Virus record (IMG/VR): IMGVR_UViG_3300031963_006119
DNA length: 41,744 bases
Direction: 5' to 3' (one strand)
DNA from: a virus
Lineage: Duplodnaviria > Heunggongvirae > Uroviricota > Caudoviricetes
Shown: piece after piece, positions 25,861 to 36,004 of the stretch
Numbering within the stretch: position 1 is the stretch's first letter
Layout of the letters: the number at the start of each line of letters is the position of its first letter
Notes under the pieces: model-generated
Told to the model about the DNA's origin: nothing
The model's database searches: none
Seen by the model: only the letters and a program-made list of their open reading frames with translations
Translations under genes and position numbers: made by a program

Positions 25861-26655
25861 ATGGATTATTACTCTGTACTAGGCATTGCCAAATCTGCTA
25901 ATCAAGATGACATTAAGCGAGCATATCGAAAACTTGCAATGCAACATCACCCTGACAAAGGCGGTGACGAAGCTAAGTTTAAAGAGATTAACGAAGCCTA
26001 TTCTGTATTAGGCGATCCAGCTCAACGAGCGCAATACGACAATCCTCAACCACAGGTTAGATTTAGAGCCGGTGACTTTAATAACGATCCATTCTCTGAC
26101 ATGATGTCACAGATGTTTGGTGGTCGAACAAGACGTAACCCAGACATTACTATTGCAGCAAAAATAGATCTAGTAGATTCAATTGTTGGTAAAAAATTAA
26201 TAGCAGCCTATAGATTAAGATCAGGTAGGGAAGAAACTGTAAATATTGATATACCACCCGGTGCTAGACACGGAGACACTATTCGATTCAGCGGGCTAGG
26301 CGATGATATTATGCCGGGACAACGCGGCAATCTTTTTGTAAAAATACAAATACTAGCACATCCTGTTTGGCGTAGAGAAGATGATGACTTGTATGCTAAA
26401 CAGAATGTCAACGCTCTTGACTTAATCTTAGGATGTAGTATAATAGTAAATACTGTAGAAGGTCGTCAATTAGAATTAAAAATTCCTAAAGCATCAAGAA
26501 ACGGAATAACATTTAGTATCAGCGACTATGGCGCACCAAATGTACACACAGGCAGACGTGGAAAAATTTTCCTAACAGTCGAAGCAGAAATTCCTAAAAT
26601 AGACGACGAAGATATGCTAAACAAAATTAGAGAGATAAGAAATGCAATTAGTTAA
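25861..26655 (+). CDS. dnaJ: DnaJ-family co-chaperone (type II/CbpA-like, no Zn finger)
   Basis: J-domain '[25 protein letters not shown]...[11 protein letters not shown]'; C-terminal 'IPPG..HGD.IR..GLG....GNL.V'. Confidence 0.9.
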   Translation: MDYYSVLGIAKSANQDDIKRAYRKLAMQHHPDKGGDEAKFKEINEAYSVLGDPAQRAQYDNPQPQVRFRAGDFNNDPFSDMMSQMFGGRTRRNPDITIAAKIDLVDSIVGKKLIAAYRLRSGREETVNIDIPPGARHGDTIRFSGLGDDIMPGQRGNLFVKIQILAHPVWRREDDDLYAKQNVNALDLILGCSIIVNTVEGRQLELKIPKASRNGITFSISDYGAPNVHTGRRGKIFLTVEAEIPKIDDEDMLNKIREIRNAIS

Positions 26656-27151
26656 ATCACCGGATCCTTGGCTAGATAAAGCAGTATCTGCTTTTGATTT
26701 TGAAACACTGGATGCTAAACAAATAGAAAAAGAAATGATTGAGCTAATGATTGCCGAAGGCGGTATAGGCCTTAGTGCTAATCAAGTTGCACTAGATGCT
26801 CAAATATTTGTTATAAAACCGTATCTGCTAGAAAATAAAGAACCGTTCGCTGTTATTAATCCTGTTATACTTAGAGTAACAGAAGATACAGATGCTAGTC
26901 CAGAAGGATGTCTGAGTCATCCGTTGCTGTTCTTGAATGTAAAAAGACCTAGGGGGTTGGTGGCCAAGTACCTTGACACAGACGCAAAAGAGTGTACAAT
27001 AGAACTATACGATATTGATGCTCGTTGCTTCCTACATGAATATGATCATCTTCAAGGGATTGAGTTCGTTGATAGAGTATCGAAACTAAAATTAGATTTA
27101 GCACGTAAAAAACAAATTAAAATAGAAAAAAGGATTGCACAACATGGTTGA
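26642..27151 (+). CDS. def: Peptide deformylase
   Basis: Three PDF motifs: 'GIGLSANQ', 'EGCLS', 'HEYDHL'. Confidence 0.93.
   Translation: MQLVKSPDPWLDKAVSAFDFETLDAKQIEKEMIELMIAEGGIGLSANQVALDAQIFVIKPYLLENKEPFAVINPVILRVTEDTDASPEGCLSHPLLFLNVKRPRGLVAKYLDTDAKECTIELYDIDARCFLHEYDHLQGIEFVDRVSKLKLDLARKKQIKIEKRIAQHG
26973..27000 (+). promoter_or_regulatory. Possible internal sigma70 promoter (TTGACA-N16-TACAAT) inside def, upstream of clpA
   Basis: Perfect -35, 5/6 -10, 16-nt spacer, about 140 nt before the clpA start. Confidence 0.4.
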
Positions 27152-29381
27152 ACCATCAGAAGAACTACAACTTGTCTTTGATAAAGCTGTTAAAGATGCT
27201 AAGGCACTCAAGCACGAATATGTTACCCTTGAGCATCTGCTTTTTGCAATGTTGTGCTCTGAAAACTTTTACAATCTAGTAAAAGGTGCTAGTGCTGATG
27301 TTGATTATATCAAAACTAATCTAGAATATTATCTTAAAAATAATCTAGAAGAAATTAAAACAGAAGCAGAAAAGTATAAGCCAAAGAAAACACAGTCAGT
27401 TGAACGCTGTTTGAATAGAGCATTTACACAAGTATTGTTTGCTGGACGATCTGAGATTCAACTGAGCGATGTATTGCTTAGTATACTGTCTGAAAAGAAA
27501 AGTCATGCCGCATACTATGCAGAAAAAGCAGGTATTGAAAAAGAAAAGTTTGCTGATTATATCAACAATGAATTAGAAGTTGAAACACAAGATGAAGAAG
27601 TGTCAGGTGTTGCTCAAAAGGCACTGAGACAATTTACGACTAACCTTAACGACGAAGTTAAAAAGAAACGCATTGATCCATTGATTGGTCGTGCAGACGA
27701 ACTTGAAAGTATTGCTCTTGCTTTGGGTAGACGCAGTAAGAACAACGTACTGTTAGTTGGTGAGCCCGGTGTTGGTAAGACTGCTATTGCAGAAGGTCTT
27801 GCATACAATATCGTTGAAGGTACTGTGCCAGCGTTTTTAAAAGATTACTCTGTGTACATGCTGGACATTGGTAGTATGCTTGCAGGTTCTAAGTATCGCG
27901 GTGACTTTGAAGAACGTTTTAAACTTGTACTGTCAGGATTAAAGAGCAAAGGTAAAACTATTATGTTTATCGACGAAGCTCACATGATGAACGGTGCAGG
28001 TGCAGGTGGCGGCAACAGTGCTAATGACCTTGCTAATATGTTAAAGCCTGCACTGAGCAAAGGTAACATCAAAGTTGTAGCAAGTACTACTTGGGAAGAA
28101 TATCGCAAGTACTTTGAAAAGGATCGTGCGTTGATGCGCAGATTCCAACGTGTTACTGTTGACGAGCCTACTCCAGAAGTAACCAAAGACATCTTACGTG
28201 GTATTAAGAAGTACTACGAAGATCATCACAAAGTAACTATCACAGACGAAGCGATTGAAGTTGCTGTTAAGCTCAGTGTCAAGTATCAAGCAGATAAGAA
28301 GTTACCAGATAAGGCTATTGACTTGATCGATCTTGCGTGTTCTAGATTTAATCTAAAAGATGTCAAAGAAAAAATCGTAGGCGAACAAGAAGTACAGTTT
28401 GAACTTGCTAAGGTAGTAAATCTTCCTCCAGAACAGGTTATGGAGAAAGAAACTTCTAATCTAGAAAATCTAGAAAAGAATTTAAAAGCAGAAGTATACG
28501 GCCAAGATAACGCGATTGAAAATATTGTTGATAAGATTCTTGTTGCACAAGCTGGACTAAAACCAGAAAACAAACCAATTGGTAGCTTTGTATTCATGGG
28601 TCCAACTGGTACAGGTAAAACAGAAACTGCTAAACAACTTGCTGGACAGCTTGGTGTAAAATTAGTACGCTTTGACATGAGTGAATATCAGGAAAAGCAC
28701 AGCGTTAGTAAACTGATTGGTTCACCTCCAGGCTATGTAGGCTTTGAAGAAAACGCAGGTATTCTAATTACTAAATTACAAGAACACCCTAACTGTGTGC
28801 TGTTGCTGGATGAGATTGAAAAAGCACATCCTGATGTAGCCACAATCCTATTACAGATTATGGACAACGGTCGTATAACTGGATCAAATGGTAAAGAAGC
28901 TGATGCACGTAACTGTGTATTAATCTTAACTACTAACTTGGGCGCACAGGATGCTGAAAAGAATAATATAGGATTCGGTGACAGTCAAGACAAGGAATAC
29001 GAAGACAAAGAGCTTAAGAAATTCTTTAGTCCAGAGTTCCGCAATCGATTAGATGGTATTATTACATTTGGTAAACTGACTAAAGAAGTAATGATGAAGG
29101 TTGTTGGCAAGTTCTTAGTTGAACTTAAGGCTCAAGTAGCTGATAAAAATGTTGAAATTTCAATCACAAACGAATCACTTGATGCACTAGTAGATCGTGG
29201 ATTTGATAAAAAGATGGGTGCTCGTCCTCTACAACGTGTGATTGACAAAGATATTAAACGTCCTTTGGCTCGCAAGCTGTTGTTTGGCGAGTTGAAGAAT
29301 GGTGGAAAAGTAAACATCGACTTCAGAAACAACGAGTTTGTACTCGAATGTGTCACGGAGCAAGTAGTTGAAAAAGTGTGA
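27144..29381 (+). CDS. clpA: ClpA-type AAA+ unfoldase
   Basis: Clp N-domain 'HEYVTLEHLL'; D1 'GEPGVGKT'/'FIDEAH'; D2 'GPTGTGKT'/'LLDEIEKAH'; 'PEFRNRLD'; no ClpB M-domain; 'NNIGFG' loop. ATG 27144 preferred over TTG 27135. Confidence 0.9.
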   Translation: MVEPSEELQLVFDKAVKDAKALKHEYVTLEHLLFAMLCSENFYNLVKGASADVDYIKTNLEYYLKNNLEEIKTEAEKYKPKKTQSVERCLNRAFTQVLFAGRSEIQLSDVLLSILSEKKSHAAYYAEKAGIEKEKFADYINNELEVETQDEEVSGVAQKALRQFTTNLNDEVKKKRIDPLIGRADELESIALALGRRSKNNVLLVGEPGVGKTAIAEGLAYNIVEGTVPAFLKDYSVYMLDIGSMLAGSKYRGDFEERFKLVLSGLKSKGKTIMFIDEAHMMNGAGAGGGNSANDLANMLKPALSKGNIKVVASTTWEEYRKYFEKDRALMRRFQRVTVDEPTPEVTKDILRGIKKYYEDHHKVTITDEAIEVAVKLSVKYQADKKLPDKAIDLIDLACSRFNLKDVKEKIVGEQEVQFELAKVVNLPPEQVMEKETSNLENLEKNLKAEVYGQDNAIENIVDKILVAQAGLKPENKPIGSFVFMGPTGTGKTETAKQLAGQLGVKLVRFDMSEYQEKHSVSKLIGSPPGYVGFEENAGILITKLQEHPNCVLLLDEIEKAHPDVATILLQIMDNGRITGSNGKEADARNCVLILTTNLGAQDAEKNNIGFGDSQDKEYEDKELKKFFSPEFRNRLDGIITFGKLTKEVMMKVVGKFLVELKAQVADKNVEISITNESLDALVDRGFDKKMGARPLQRVIDKDIKRPLARKLLFGELKNGGKVNIDFRNNEFVLECVTEQVVEKV

Positions 29382-30036
29382 AACACACAAACTTTTTTGG
29401 AATAAATACTTCTACAAGTTGGTCATAAACAACCGACTTGCAGGAGCATTTAGGAATAAGAATCTAAGAATGGCCAAATCATTCTTAGATTCACTTGACA
29501 TAGAGTATAAGGCTGGTAGACCTTTGATGCTTACTAAAACACTACGTCAAGATGTAATAACAGAAAGTCATTATCGTGATGCAAAAAAGATACATAAGTA
29601 TCTTAACAATGTTGATGACTATATGCTTAGAGTTGAAAGTTCTAATCTATGCATTTACAGCAACGATCGAAAATGGTTAACTAATCTAAAAGCAGATATA
29701 AGCGCATATAACTTAGAAGAATTTTGGGAACCAAGTCCTGAAGCACTTAATATTCTTAATGCCAACACCATCATTGTAGAACAAGAAATACCATTCCAGT
29801 TCCGCGTTACCCTTGGTCGTAAGCGTGGAAATGAAAACTTTGCATTATGGGCTGAGAAAAATCCCAAGCAAATAAAACTGGGCCCCGTGCTTAAAGAAGT
29901 AATGATAGAAAATGGGTACGTTGACGGCATGTATTTTTATGCCCGAGACGATCGTACTCTCCAGCTATGTAACTTAATGCTGGACAATATTCGCAGAGTT
30001 GATCGTATAGTGTCAAAGCGTAATATTGATAAATAG
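29368..30036 (+). CDS. Hypothetical phage protein
   Basis: TTG start with SD GGAG, overlapping the clpA end; 222 aa; the only TAG-terminated gene I found. Confidence 0.7.
   Translation: MKKCETHKLFWNKYFYKLVINNRLAGAFRNKNLRMAKSFLDSLDIEYKAGRPLMLTKTLRQDVITESHYRDAKKIHKYLNNVDDYMLRVESSNLCIYSNDRKWLTNLKADISAYNLEEFWEPSPEALNILNANTIIVEQEIPFQFRVTLGRKRGNENFALWAEKNPKQIKLGPVLKEVMIENGYVDGMYFYARDDRTLQLCNLMLDNIRRVDRIVSKRNIDK
30030..30035 (+). promoter_or_regulatory. Late promoter core 5 nt before ATG 30041
   Basis: GATAAATAGTTACATG. Confidence 0.5.
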
Positions 30037-30040
30037 TTAC

Positions 30041-30448
30041 ATGAGCACAAATTCAGAAACCATTTTATCCCAACAAACACACATAGGCGACAGTTCGTTA
30101 CAGTCGCTTATCAGCAATCCGTTCAAGGGCGACGGCTTTTATAGCCGATCAGACGGCTTGCACACTATCCAAGTATCTATAGCAGGATTTATTGGTAAGA
30201 TATCTATTCAAGGTACTCTTGCAGTAAATCCTGTAGAATCAGATTGGTTCACTGTAGAACTAGGCACAGGTGCTATGAGTGTTGACACTACCGGACTACT
30301 TACAGAACAAAATATTACATCTGTAGAATACACAAGTCCTACAACAAATTCAAAATCTTACAATTTTATTGGTAATTATGTTTGGGTACGTGCTCGAGTA
30401 TTTGACTGGACCGATGGTACAATTAATACTATTAAATTAAATCATTAA
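30041..30448 (+). CDS. Small beta-rich probable structural protein
   Basis: ATG 30041 chosen; 'GKISIQGTLA..P.E.DWF', 'FIGNYVWVRA'; precedes the fibre gene. Confidence 0.6.
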   Translation: MSTNSETILSQQTHIGDSSLQSLISNPFKGDGFYSRSDGLHTIQVSIAGFIGKISIQGTLAVNPVESDWFTVELGTGAMSVDTTGLLTEQNITSVEYTSPTTNSKSYNFIGNYVWVRARVFDWTDGTINTIKLNH

Positions 30449-30457
30449 GGGTAGAGC

Positions 30458-33400
30458 ATGGCTAAGAAAACTATTAATTTGGGCTCAGGAGAATTAACAG
30501 GAGACGGCGAAAGTATACGCTCTGCTTTTTCAAAAGTAAATGAAAACTTTACTGAAATATATAATGGCGGGATTGGTGGAAATATCGATCTGTCAGCTGT
30601 TGCGCAAAATATTGTACCGTCAGTAGACAGCGACGGTACTACAGGATATACGCTAGGTAGTCCAGATTTTAAATGGAAAGAATTATTTGTTTCTAACGGT
30701 TCTATCTACATTGGTGATATTAAACTAACTAACGTTGGCGGTAAGTTTGTTGCTACAAAAGTCGTTAATCCTGGCACAGAAGAAGAAGAGGATGATCCAG
30801 AAGACAGCGATGCTACAAGTGACATTAGTGGCAATGCTAACACTGGAAACTTTACGTTCAACGCAGATACAATCGCAAACAATAACGACGCATCGATTGA
30901 AGTAGTTGGTGGTTCATTAGGAAACATCGAGGTAGCTACAGTAGATGAACTTGTGCCGCCAGGCGGCATTTGGAGATTGTTTATTGGTGATGAAGCATAT
31001 CCTACTTTAGGTACAACTGTTCAGATAGGCGACACTGTAACCACATCCTGGGGAACTCCCATAACTGCCACTATTACAGATATCCAACAAGATAACGGCT
31101 ATTGGCAAATCCACGTTGATCAAGATATTACTGCGGGACATGATTATTATGACACAGTTACATTTAGTACAGTAGTAACAACTAAGACTTGGACATTTGG
31201 CCAAGATGGTAGTTTACAGATTCCAGGTGGTATTACCGGCGACAACGACATCAACATCACTATTGACAATGACGACAGTAGTACATACACTTGGAACTTT
31301 GATCGGACTGGTGATCTAACTGCTCCTGGAGATATTACCACAGGCCTCGACGGTATTGGTGGTAGATTTATTCAAGACTGTGCTGACGGAGCTACTAGTA
31401 TGCGTTGGATCAATGTCAATCAAGGCAGCAGTAACACACAACTTATCCGTGCTTACACAGGTGATCCTAAACTAAACACAGAAGTTGAACGAGCACAGAT
31501 CAAACTAAACTGGGATCAAACTGAAGACAAGAGTGGTTTGACTATTAGAACATTTGATCAATCCAATCCAAACAACGAAGTAGATCACGATTGGCTATTT
31601 AAGGGCGACGGTGTACTACAACTACCTGTGGGTGGAGACATTGTAGACAGCACTGGTGCGTCAGTATTAGGCGGTGGGTCAAGCGGTGATGCCAACATCT
31701 GGGTACAGACATTTGAATCTGAGGACGGTGCCCCAACAGACATTGTGTCAATAGCATCCAGCGTGGAATATGATAGTGCGGGCAATGTTATTGCCTTGTT
31801 CAGTCATTTTAACGACAATGACAACAGTCGTTACTATTCAGTGGGCAAGTATACCACCACAGGTACCAAGATATGGACAGCAAGATTTGAGGATGGTTTT
31901 CAAACAGACGGCTGGGGCTTGGCTGTGGACAATGACAGCAACTCAATATATGTGGCAGGTAAAACACTGGTATCAAACGAATCGGGATATGATGTATCCA
32001 CACTGACCAAACTTGACGCCGCTGATGGCACCTTTGAGTGGAGCAAGGTCTATGACTTTGGCTTCGTCAGTGACAGTCCTGTAGTTGATGTGGCCTCAGA
32101 CGGCAATCCAGTCATGGTGGGATATGCCAGCAACGGCACTGACAATTATATCACCACTACCAAAGTTGATCCGGCAGACGGCACAATAATATGGTCAAGA
32201 GCACTGGATGGACAAGGCAATGAAGAAGCCTTTGGTATGGCAGTGGGTCCTACAGGAGAAGTAGTGGCTGTTGGTTATATGACTCAGTTAGGTGTACTGT
32301 ATGCGGCCGAGACATTGTCAGTTGATCCAGCGAGCAATCCACTATGGACTGTAGGCGGTTCAATAAATTTTGTGAATGGCATCACAGCAAATTACTCTTT
32401 CACTGACGGTGTTCCCACATTTACCAATGTGGTTGATACTACGGGTGGCAGATCAGTGGACGATGTAATTGTCACTGTGTTGGGTGAGGACCTTGGCGGC
32501 GTTACTGGTGTAGATGATATGATCGTCAAAGTGGCCACCTTGGCTGCTAACGACACTGACGACCGTATGCTTGTGGTCAAGTACAACAGTTCAGGAGTAA
32601 TACAGTGGCAAAAAGCCATACAGTTTGATGCGGGCTTTGACTGCCGTGGAGCAGATGCTGACATTGACAGCGACGGTAACATCTATGTTACTGGCAGTTA
32701 TCAATATAGTTTTGAAAGCGGAACAACCAGTGCTCTCAGCATACTGAAACTGGACAGCGCGGGTGTGAAACAGTGGAGTAGACGAGTAACAGGCAACTGT
32801 GAAACATTTGGCGTCAGTGTGGTGGTTGGCGCTGATGATAAACTGTACTTGTCAGCTATGACTGGCAACAACAATGATGTGAACAACGCTTTTACCTGGG
32901 TCGCAGCCAAATATGGCATTAATGGCACCGTGGAATGGCAAAGACTCATAGACAATACCACAGGTTGGTCATTTACTGGCGACATCTTTTCAGGCGAGGG
33001 CGGCGGCAGTAACATAGCAGTCAAACAGGACTATGTGGTACTTGCGGGCGGGTTTGGTCTTCTAATAGAAGAGCCTCCTCGGGCCACAGTGGTTCAGGTC
33101 GCGGCCACTGGAGATGTGTTCTCTGTAGGCGACTGGGCGTTCACAGCGGCTTCATTCAGCGGTGTACTCAACAGTTCAGCCAGTGACATCACAGTGGTTG
33201 ACGCACAAAAATTTGACGCAGACAACGGTGAAGGCGAAGTCACAGTCACAACAGCAGAATTAACAACAGAGGTCAGCGGTTTCTTGATAGGCACGCTGTA
33301 CACAGTGGGTGGTGACAACAGTTTAATCAACGGTGCCTACACAGTTACTTTGGAAAATACTGGCACTTTAACATTGCCAGCAGGTGGTACTATCACTGAA

Positions 33401-34996
33401 GGCTATGTTACCAGCAATCCCACAATCCAACTTACTCCAGCAAGCCCGGATGTGGCCAGCCAGAAGTTGGTGATCAAGGGCGGTGCTCTCTATAATTTTA
33501 CCGACAACGGTATAAGCATAAATTACAGTAATAACACCGCCCTAGTTGGTGATACTCTTACTTTCTATATATCTTCAAACACCTACGCTGATCAAACGCT
33601 CTACTGGTGGATCTACCCAGAGGATGCTAACATATCAGATCCAGGATCAGGCACAGTGGCTGTTAATGAGTTTGGCAATGGCGATTTTAGTTTTACACTA
33701 GACAGTGATGACAATGAGTTTACTATTCGTGTGTCACCTGAAGAGGACAACTACGGTCCGGGAGTTATAGGTGTTCAATCAGGATTGATTAACCCTGACG
33801 CACCTACATTTGATTTTGAGCATCACCTACACTTGACCACAGGCGACTTGGCTGAAACCAGCATCTTCCTGGGCACTGATGATCACAATGTGCGAACAAC
33901 TGTTAACGGTGACATACAAATTACCACTCCTAACACGGGCAACAATGTTTGGACCTTTGACAATGAAGGCGGGTTAACATTACCGGCAGGTGGCGACATT
34001 CTTGATAGTAATGGCACAAGCGTGTTGGGCGGAGCAAATACTGGCGATATTACTTTTAGCGGTAGAACTATAGGAGCATCAACTGGTACTGGTTCCGATG
34101 CTATCACTATTGATGACGATTTAACAATAACCGGAAATGATTTAAACTTAGATGCAACTACAGGGTCTCCTAGAATATATTTCTATGAAGGCGGACAAAG
34201 TGGCGGCCCAGTTTTAACTATTCAAACTTATGATGTTGTATCCGGAGAGACGGGAGCAATGGTTTGGGCAGACAACAGAGGTTCTGGAGTTAGGAATTTA
34301 TTATTAGGAACAGATGGCGGGGCTGTAAAAATTAGAAGTACTGGAGATAACGCTTCTACACACGATTGGACATTTGGCCAAGATGGTAAAACAACATTGC
34401 CAGGTGCTGTAGTTAACAGCACAGTGGCCAAGACTGGGATTGCCTATAACACTGGAACAGCAACTTCTCTATCAGATAGTGGATATATAGGTGCTATTGT
34501 AGATGGCAACTACGGACCATTTACTCGAGGACCGGTCACATTTACAGTAGTGGTCACTGGTGGCGCGGCCGCATATACTGTTACTAACACAACTGGTAAT
34601 ACCGCAGTGAATGACGTTATTGGAACATTAGATACCGGTGATCTAGGCGGAACTTTAGGAAGCACCGCAAATATATCAGTTGCGGATGTTATTCAAGCAG
34701 TTACAGCACTGGATCTAACTAAAACTGTCAACAAACTAACAGACGGTATATATTCTTTAGCAGACGGTGTTGAAGGACAGATCATGTACTTGGTACCACA
34801 GAACGGAGCAACACCCGCAAACGTAAGTGTTACTGTAGCTACTTACAGAATAGGTGGTGGTACAGGAACTAACGGACTGCTATTACCATTTAGAATATTC
34901 AATGATGCCATCGCTTCATATGTTGATAGTAGTGCTTTCTGTACACTGATATTCACAGACGGTGCTTGGCAACAAACGGGCGGAGCGTGGGATTAA
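30458..34996 (+). CDS. Mosaic tail fibre / receptor-binding protein with beta-propeller (1512 aa)
   Basis: N-terminal 'GELTGDGESIRSAFSKVNENF' baseplate motif; repeated 'W.F...G....P.GG' joints; about seven propeller blades (e.g. 'GLAVDNDSNSIYVAG', 'DIDSDGNIYVTG') with 'W' closure motifs. Confidence 0.8.
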   Translation: MAKKTINLGSGELTGDGESIRSAFSKVNENFTEIYNGGIGGNIDLSAVAQNIVPSVDSDGTTGYTLGSPDFKWKELFVSNGSIYIGDIKLTNVGGKFVATKVVNPGTEEEEDDPEDSDATSDISGNANTGNFTFNADTIANNNDASIEVVGGSLGNIEVATVDELVPPGGIWRLFIGDEAYPTLGTTVQIGDTVTTSWGTPITATITDIQQDNGYWQIHVDQDITAGHDYYDTVTFSTVVTTKTWTFGQDGSLQIPGGITGDNDINITIDNDDSSTYTWNFDRTGDLTAPGDITTGLDGIGGRFIQDCADGATSMRWINVNQGSSNTQLIRAYTGDPKLNTEVERAQIKLNWDQTEDKSGLTIRTFDQSNPNNEVDHDWLFKGDGVLQLPVGGDIVDSTGASVLGGGSSGDANIWVQTFESEDGAPTDIVSIASSVEYDSAGNVIALFSHFNDNDNSRYYSVGKYTTTGTKIWTARFEDGFQTDGWGLAVDNDSNSIYVAGKTLVSNESGYDVSTLTKLDAADGTFEWSKVYDFGFVSDSPVVDVASDGNPVMVGYASNGTDNYITTTKVDPADGTIIWSRALDGQGNEEAFGMAVGPTGEVVAVGYMTQLGVLYAAETLSVDPASNPLWTVGGSINFVNGITANYSFTDGVPTFTNVVDTTGGRSVDDVIVTVLGEDLGGVTGVDDMIVKVATLAANDTDDRMLVVKYNSSGVIQWQKAIQFDAGFDCRGADADIDSDGNIYVTGSYQYSFESGTTSALSILKLDSAGVKQWSRRVTGNCETFGVSVVVGADDKLYLSAMTGNNNDVNNAFTWVAAKYGINGTVEWQRLIDNTTGWSFTGDIFSGEGGGSNIAVKQDYVVLAGGFGLLIEEPPRATVVQVAATGDVFSVGDWAFTAASFSGVLNSSASDITVVDAQKFDADNGEGEVTVTTAELTTEVSGFLIGTLYTVGGDNSLINGAYTVTLENTGTLTLPAGGTITEGYVTSNPTIQLTPASPDVASQKLVIKGGALYNFTDNGISINYSNNTALVGDTLTFYISSNTYADQTLYWWIYPEDANISDPGSGTVAVNEFGNGDFSFTLDSDDNEFTIRVSPEEDNYGPGVIGVQSGLINPDAPTFDFEHHLHLTTGDLAETSIFLGTDDHNVRTTVNGDIQITTPNTGNNVWTFDNEGGLTLPAGGDILDSNGTSVLGGANTGDITFSGRTIGASTGTGSDAITIDDDLTITGNDLNLDATTGSPRIYFYEGGQSGGPVLTIQTYDVVSGETGAMVWADNRGSGVRNLLLGTDGGAVKIRSTGDNASTHDWTFGQDGKTTLPGAVVNSTVAKTGIAYNTGTATSLSDSGYIGAIVDGNYGPFTRGPVTFTVVVTGGAAAYTVTNTTGNTAVNDVIGTLDTGDLGGTLGSTANISVADVIQAVTALDLTKTVNKLTDGIYSLADGVEGQIMYLVPQNGATPANVSVTVATYRIGGGTGTNGLLLPFRIFNDAIASYVDSSAFCTLIFTDGAWQQTGGAWD
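31189..31211 (+). repeat. 23-nt direct repeat copy 1 (TTGGACATTTGGCCAAGATGGTA)
   Basis: Identical to 34366-34388; encodes WTFGQDG. Confidence 0.8.
34366..34388 (+). repeat. 23-nt direct repeat copy 2
   Basis: Identical to 31189-31211. Confidence 0.8.
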
Positions 34997-35003
34997 AGAA
35001 CGG

Positions 35004-35073
35004 TAAATAGTACTAAAGAGATAATCTATGCTAGTCTACACTAAGAACTTGAGATTAAGTAAAAAAGTAAATA
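35004..35073 (+). promoter_or_regulatory. Two late promoter cores (35004-35009, 35068-35073)
   Basis: GGTAAATA and AGTAAATA upstream of the 35098 cluster. Confidence 0.5.
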
Positions 35074-35097
35074 CATGATAAATTTAAGGTTTGATAT

Positions 35098-35664
35098 ATG
35101 GAACATTTTGTAAGAGTAATATTTGAAAAGAGCGATAGTCTAACTGAAAGTTTAGACGAATCTGTCTTTCCAGGTAACGAACTATTTGAAACTGCGCAGG
35201 GCGCACATGTGTTTCAAATACCTCTACCAAGAGCACTTACAGAACAAGAATCAGACGAATATGCACAACGCCTAAGCAACTACATGTTTGAGCAAGGATT
35301 TGACGATTTTGATATTGAAATAAGCTCAGATATAGATGAGAACATTATTGAAGAAACCTACGAAGGTGACGACTTCTTTATAGAGTACGGTGTAATGTGG
35401 TTCAACGAAGATCAGCTAGACGAAGCAGAATATCAAGGTCGTAAAGTTTCGTTGGGCAAGCCCATGCAGGGCGATGTTAAAAAGTTTAAGGTATATGTTA
35501 AAGATCCAGGCACAGGTAACATTAAAAAAGTTAACTTTGGTGATCCTAACATGACCATTAAGAAATCTAATCCAGCTAGACGTAGAAGCTTTAGAGCAAG
35601 ACATAATTGTGATAATCCAGGACCGCGTACTAAGGCACGCTATTGGTCTTGCAGAAAATGGTAA
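35098..35664 (+). CDS. Bipartite protein: acidic N-half, basic Cys-containing C-terminal module
   Basis: Acidic region to 'QLDE', then 'AEYQGRKV.LGKP...KFKVYVKDP...KKVNFGDP...RRSFRARHNCD...KARYWSCRKW'. Confidence 0.75.
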   Translation: MEHFVRVIFEKSDSLTESLDESVFPGNELFETAQGAHVFQIPLPRALTEQESDEYAQRLSNYMFEQGFDDFDIEISSDIDENIIEETYEGDDFFIEYGVMWFNEDQLDEAEYQGRKVSLGKPMQGDVKKFKVYVKDPGTGNIKKVNFGDPNMTIKKSNPARRRSFRARHNCDNPGPRTKARYWSCRKW

Positions 35665-35668
35665 TAAT

Positions 35669-36004
35669 ATGAGAATAGTTGAATTTACACACCCAGATAA
35701 TAAAGAACTACCTTTTGATGTAGTTGAAGACGCAATAGTATTCATGCGTAACGATCCCATGTTCTATCGCAAACAATACTATCCTACTGTAACTAAACTT
35801 GCAGACATGAGTCGCGCAGGTAAATCTTGCAACAAAATGGAAATGTTTTCTTCTATGGTTGAAGAAGGTATTACTCAATACTGCCGAAAATTTAAGCTAG
35901 CCGATCAAGCTGATGAAATTTTTAACAATGACGATCGCTCTGCTATTATAGATAAACTATTTTCCGAAGAAATGGATCTTATTAAAAAGGGCGATTACAA
36001 ATGA
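35669..36004 (+). CDS. Hypothetical protein (putative internal head protein)
   Basis: ATG 35669 (MRIVEF...) avoids overlap with the previous gene; ATGA-coupled to 36001. Confidence 0.65.
   Translation: MRIVEFTHPDNKELPFDVVEDAIVFMRNDPMFYRKQYYPTVTKLADMSRAGKSCNKMEMFSSMVEEGITQYCRKFKLADQADEIFNNDDRSAIIDKLFSEEMDLIKKGDYK

Noticed and set aside
27144-29381. ClpB call
   Set aside because: About 745 aa, no coiled-coil M-domain between the rings, and an IGF loop is present, which fits ClpA.
30034-30036. Stop-codon recoding (TAG ends only about 1 of 50 genes)
   Set aside because: No conserved gene is interrupted by an in-frame TAG or TGA, and coding density is already near complete under the standard code. 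TAG rarity is expected in AT-rich genomes.
31189-34388. Diversity-generating retroelement (TR/VR pair)
   Set aside because: The repeat is only 23 nt and identical, with no adenine-specific mismatches; no reverse transcriptase in the window.
35028-35078. 16-aa mini-ORF (MLVYTKNLRLSKKVNT) between two late boxes
   Set aside because: Too short, weak SD and no motif; cannot be distinguished from chance.
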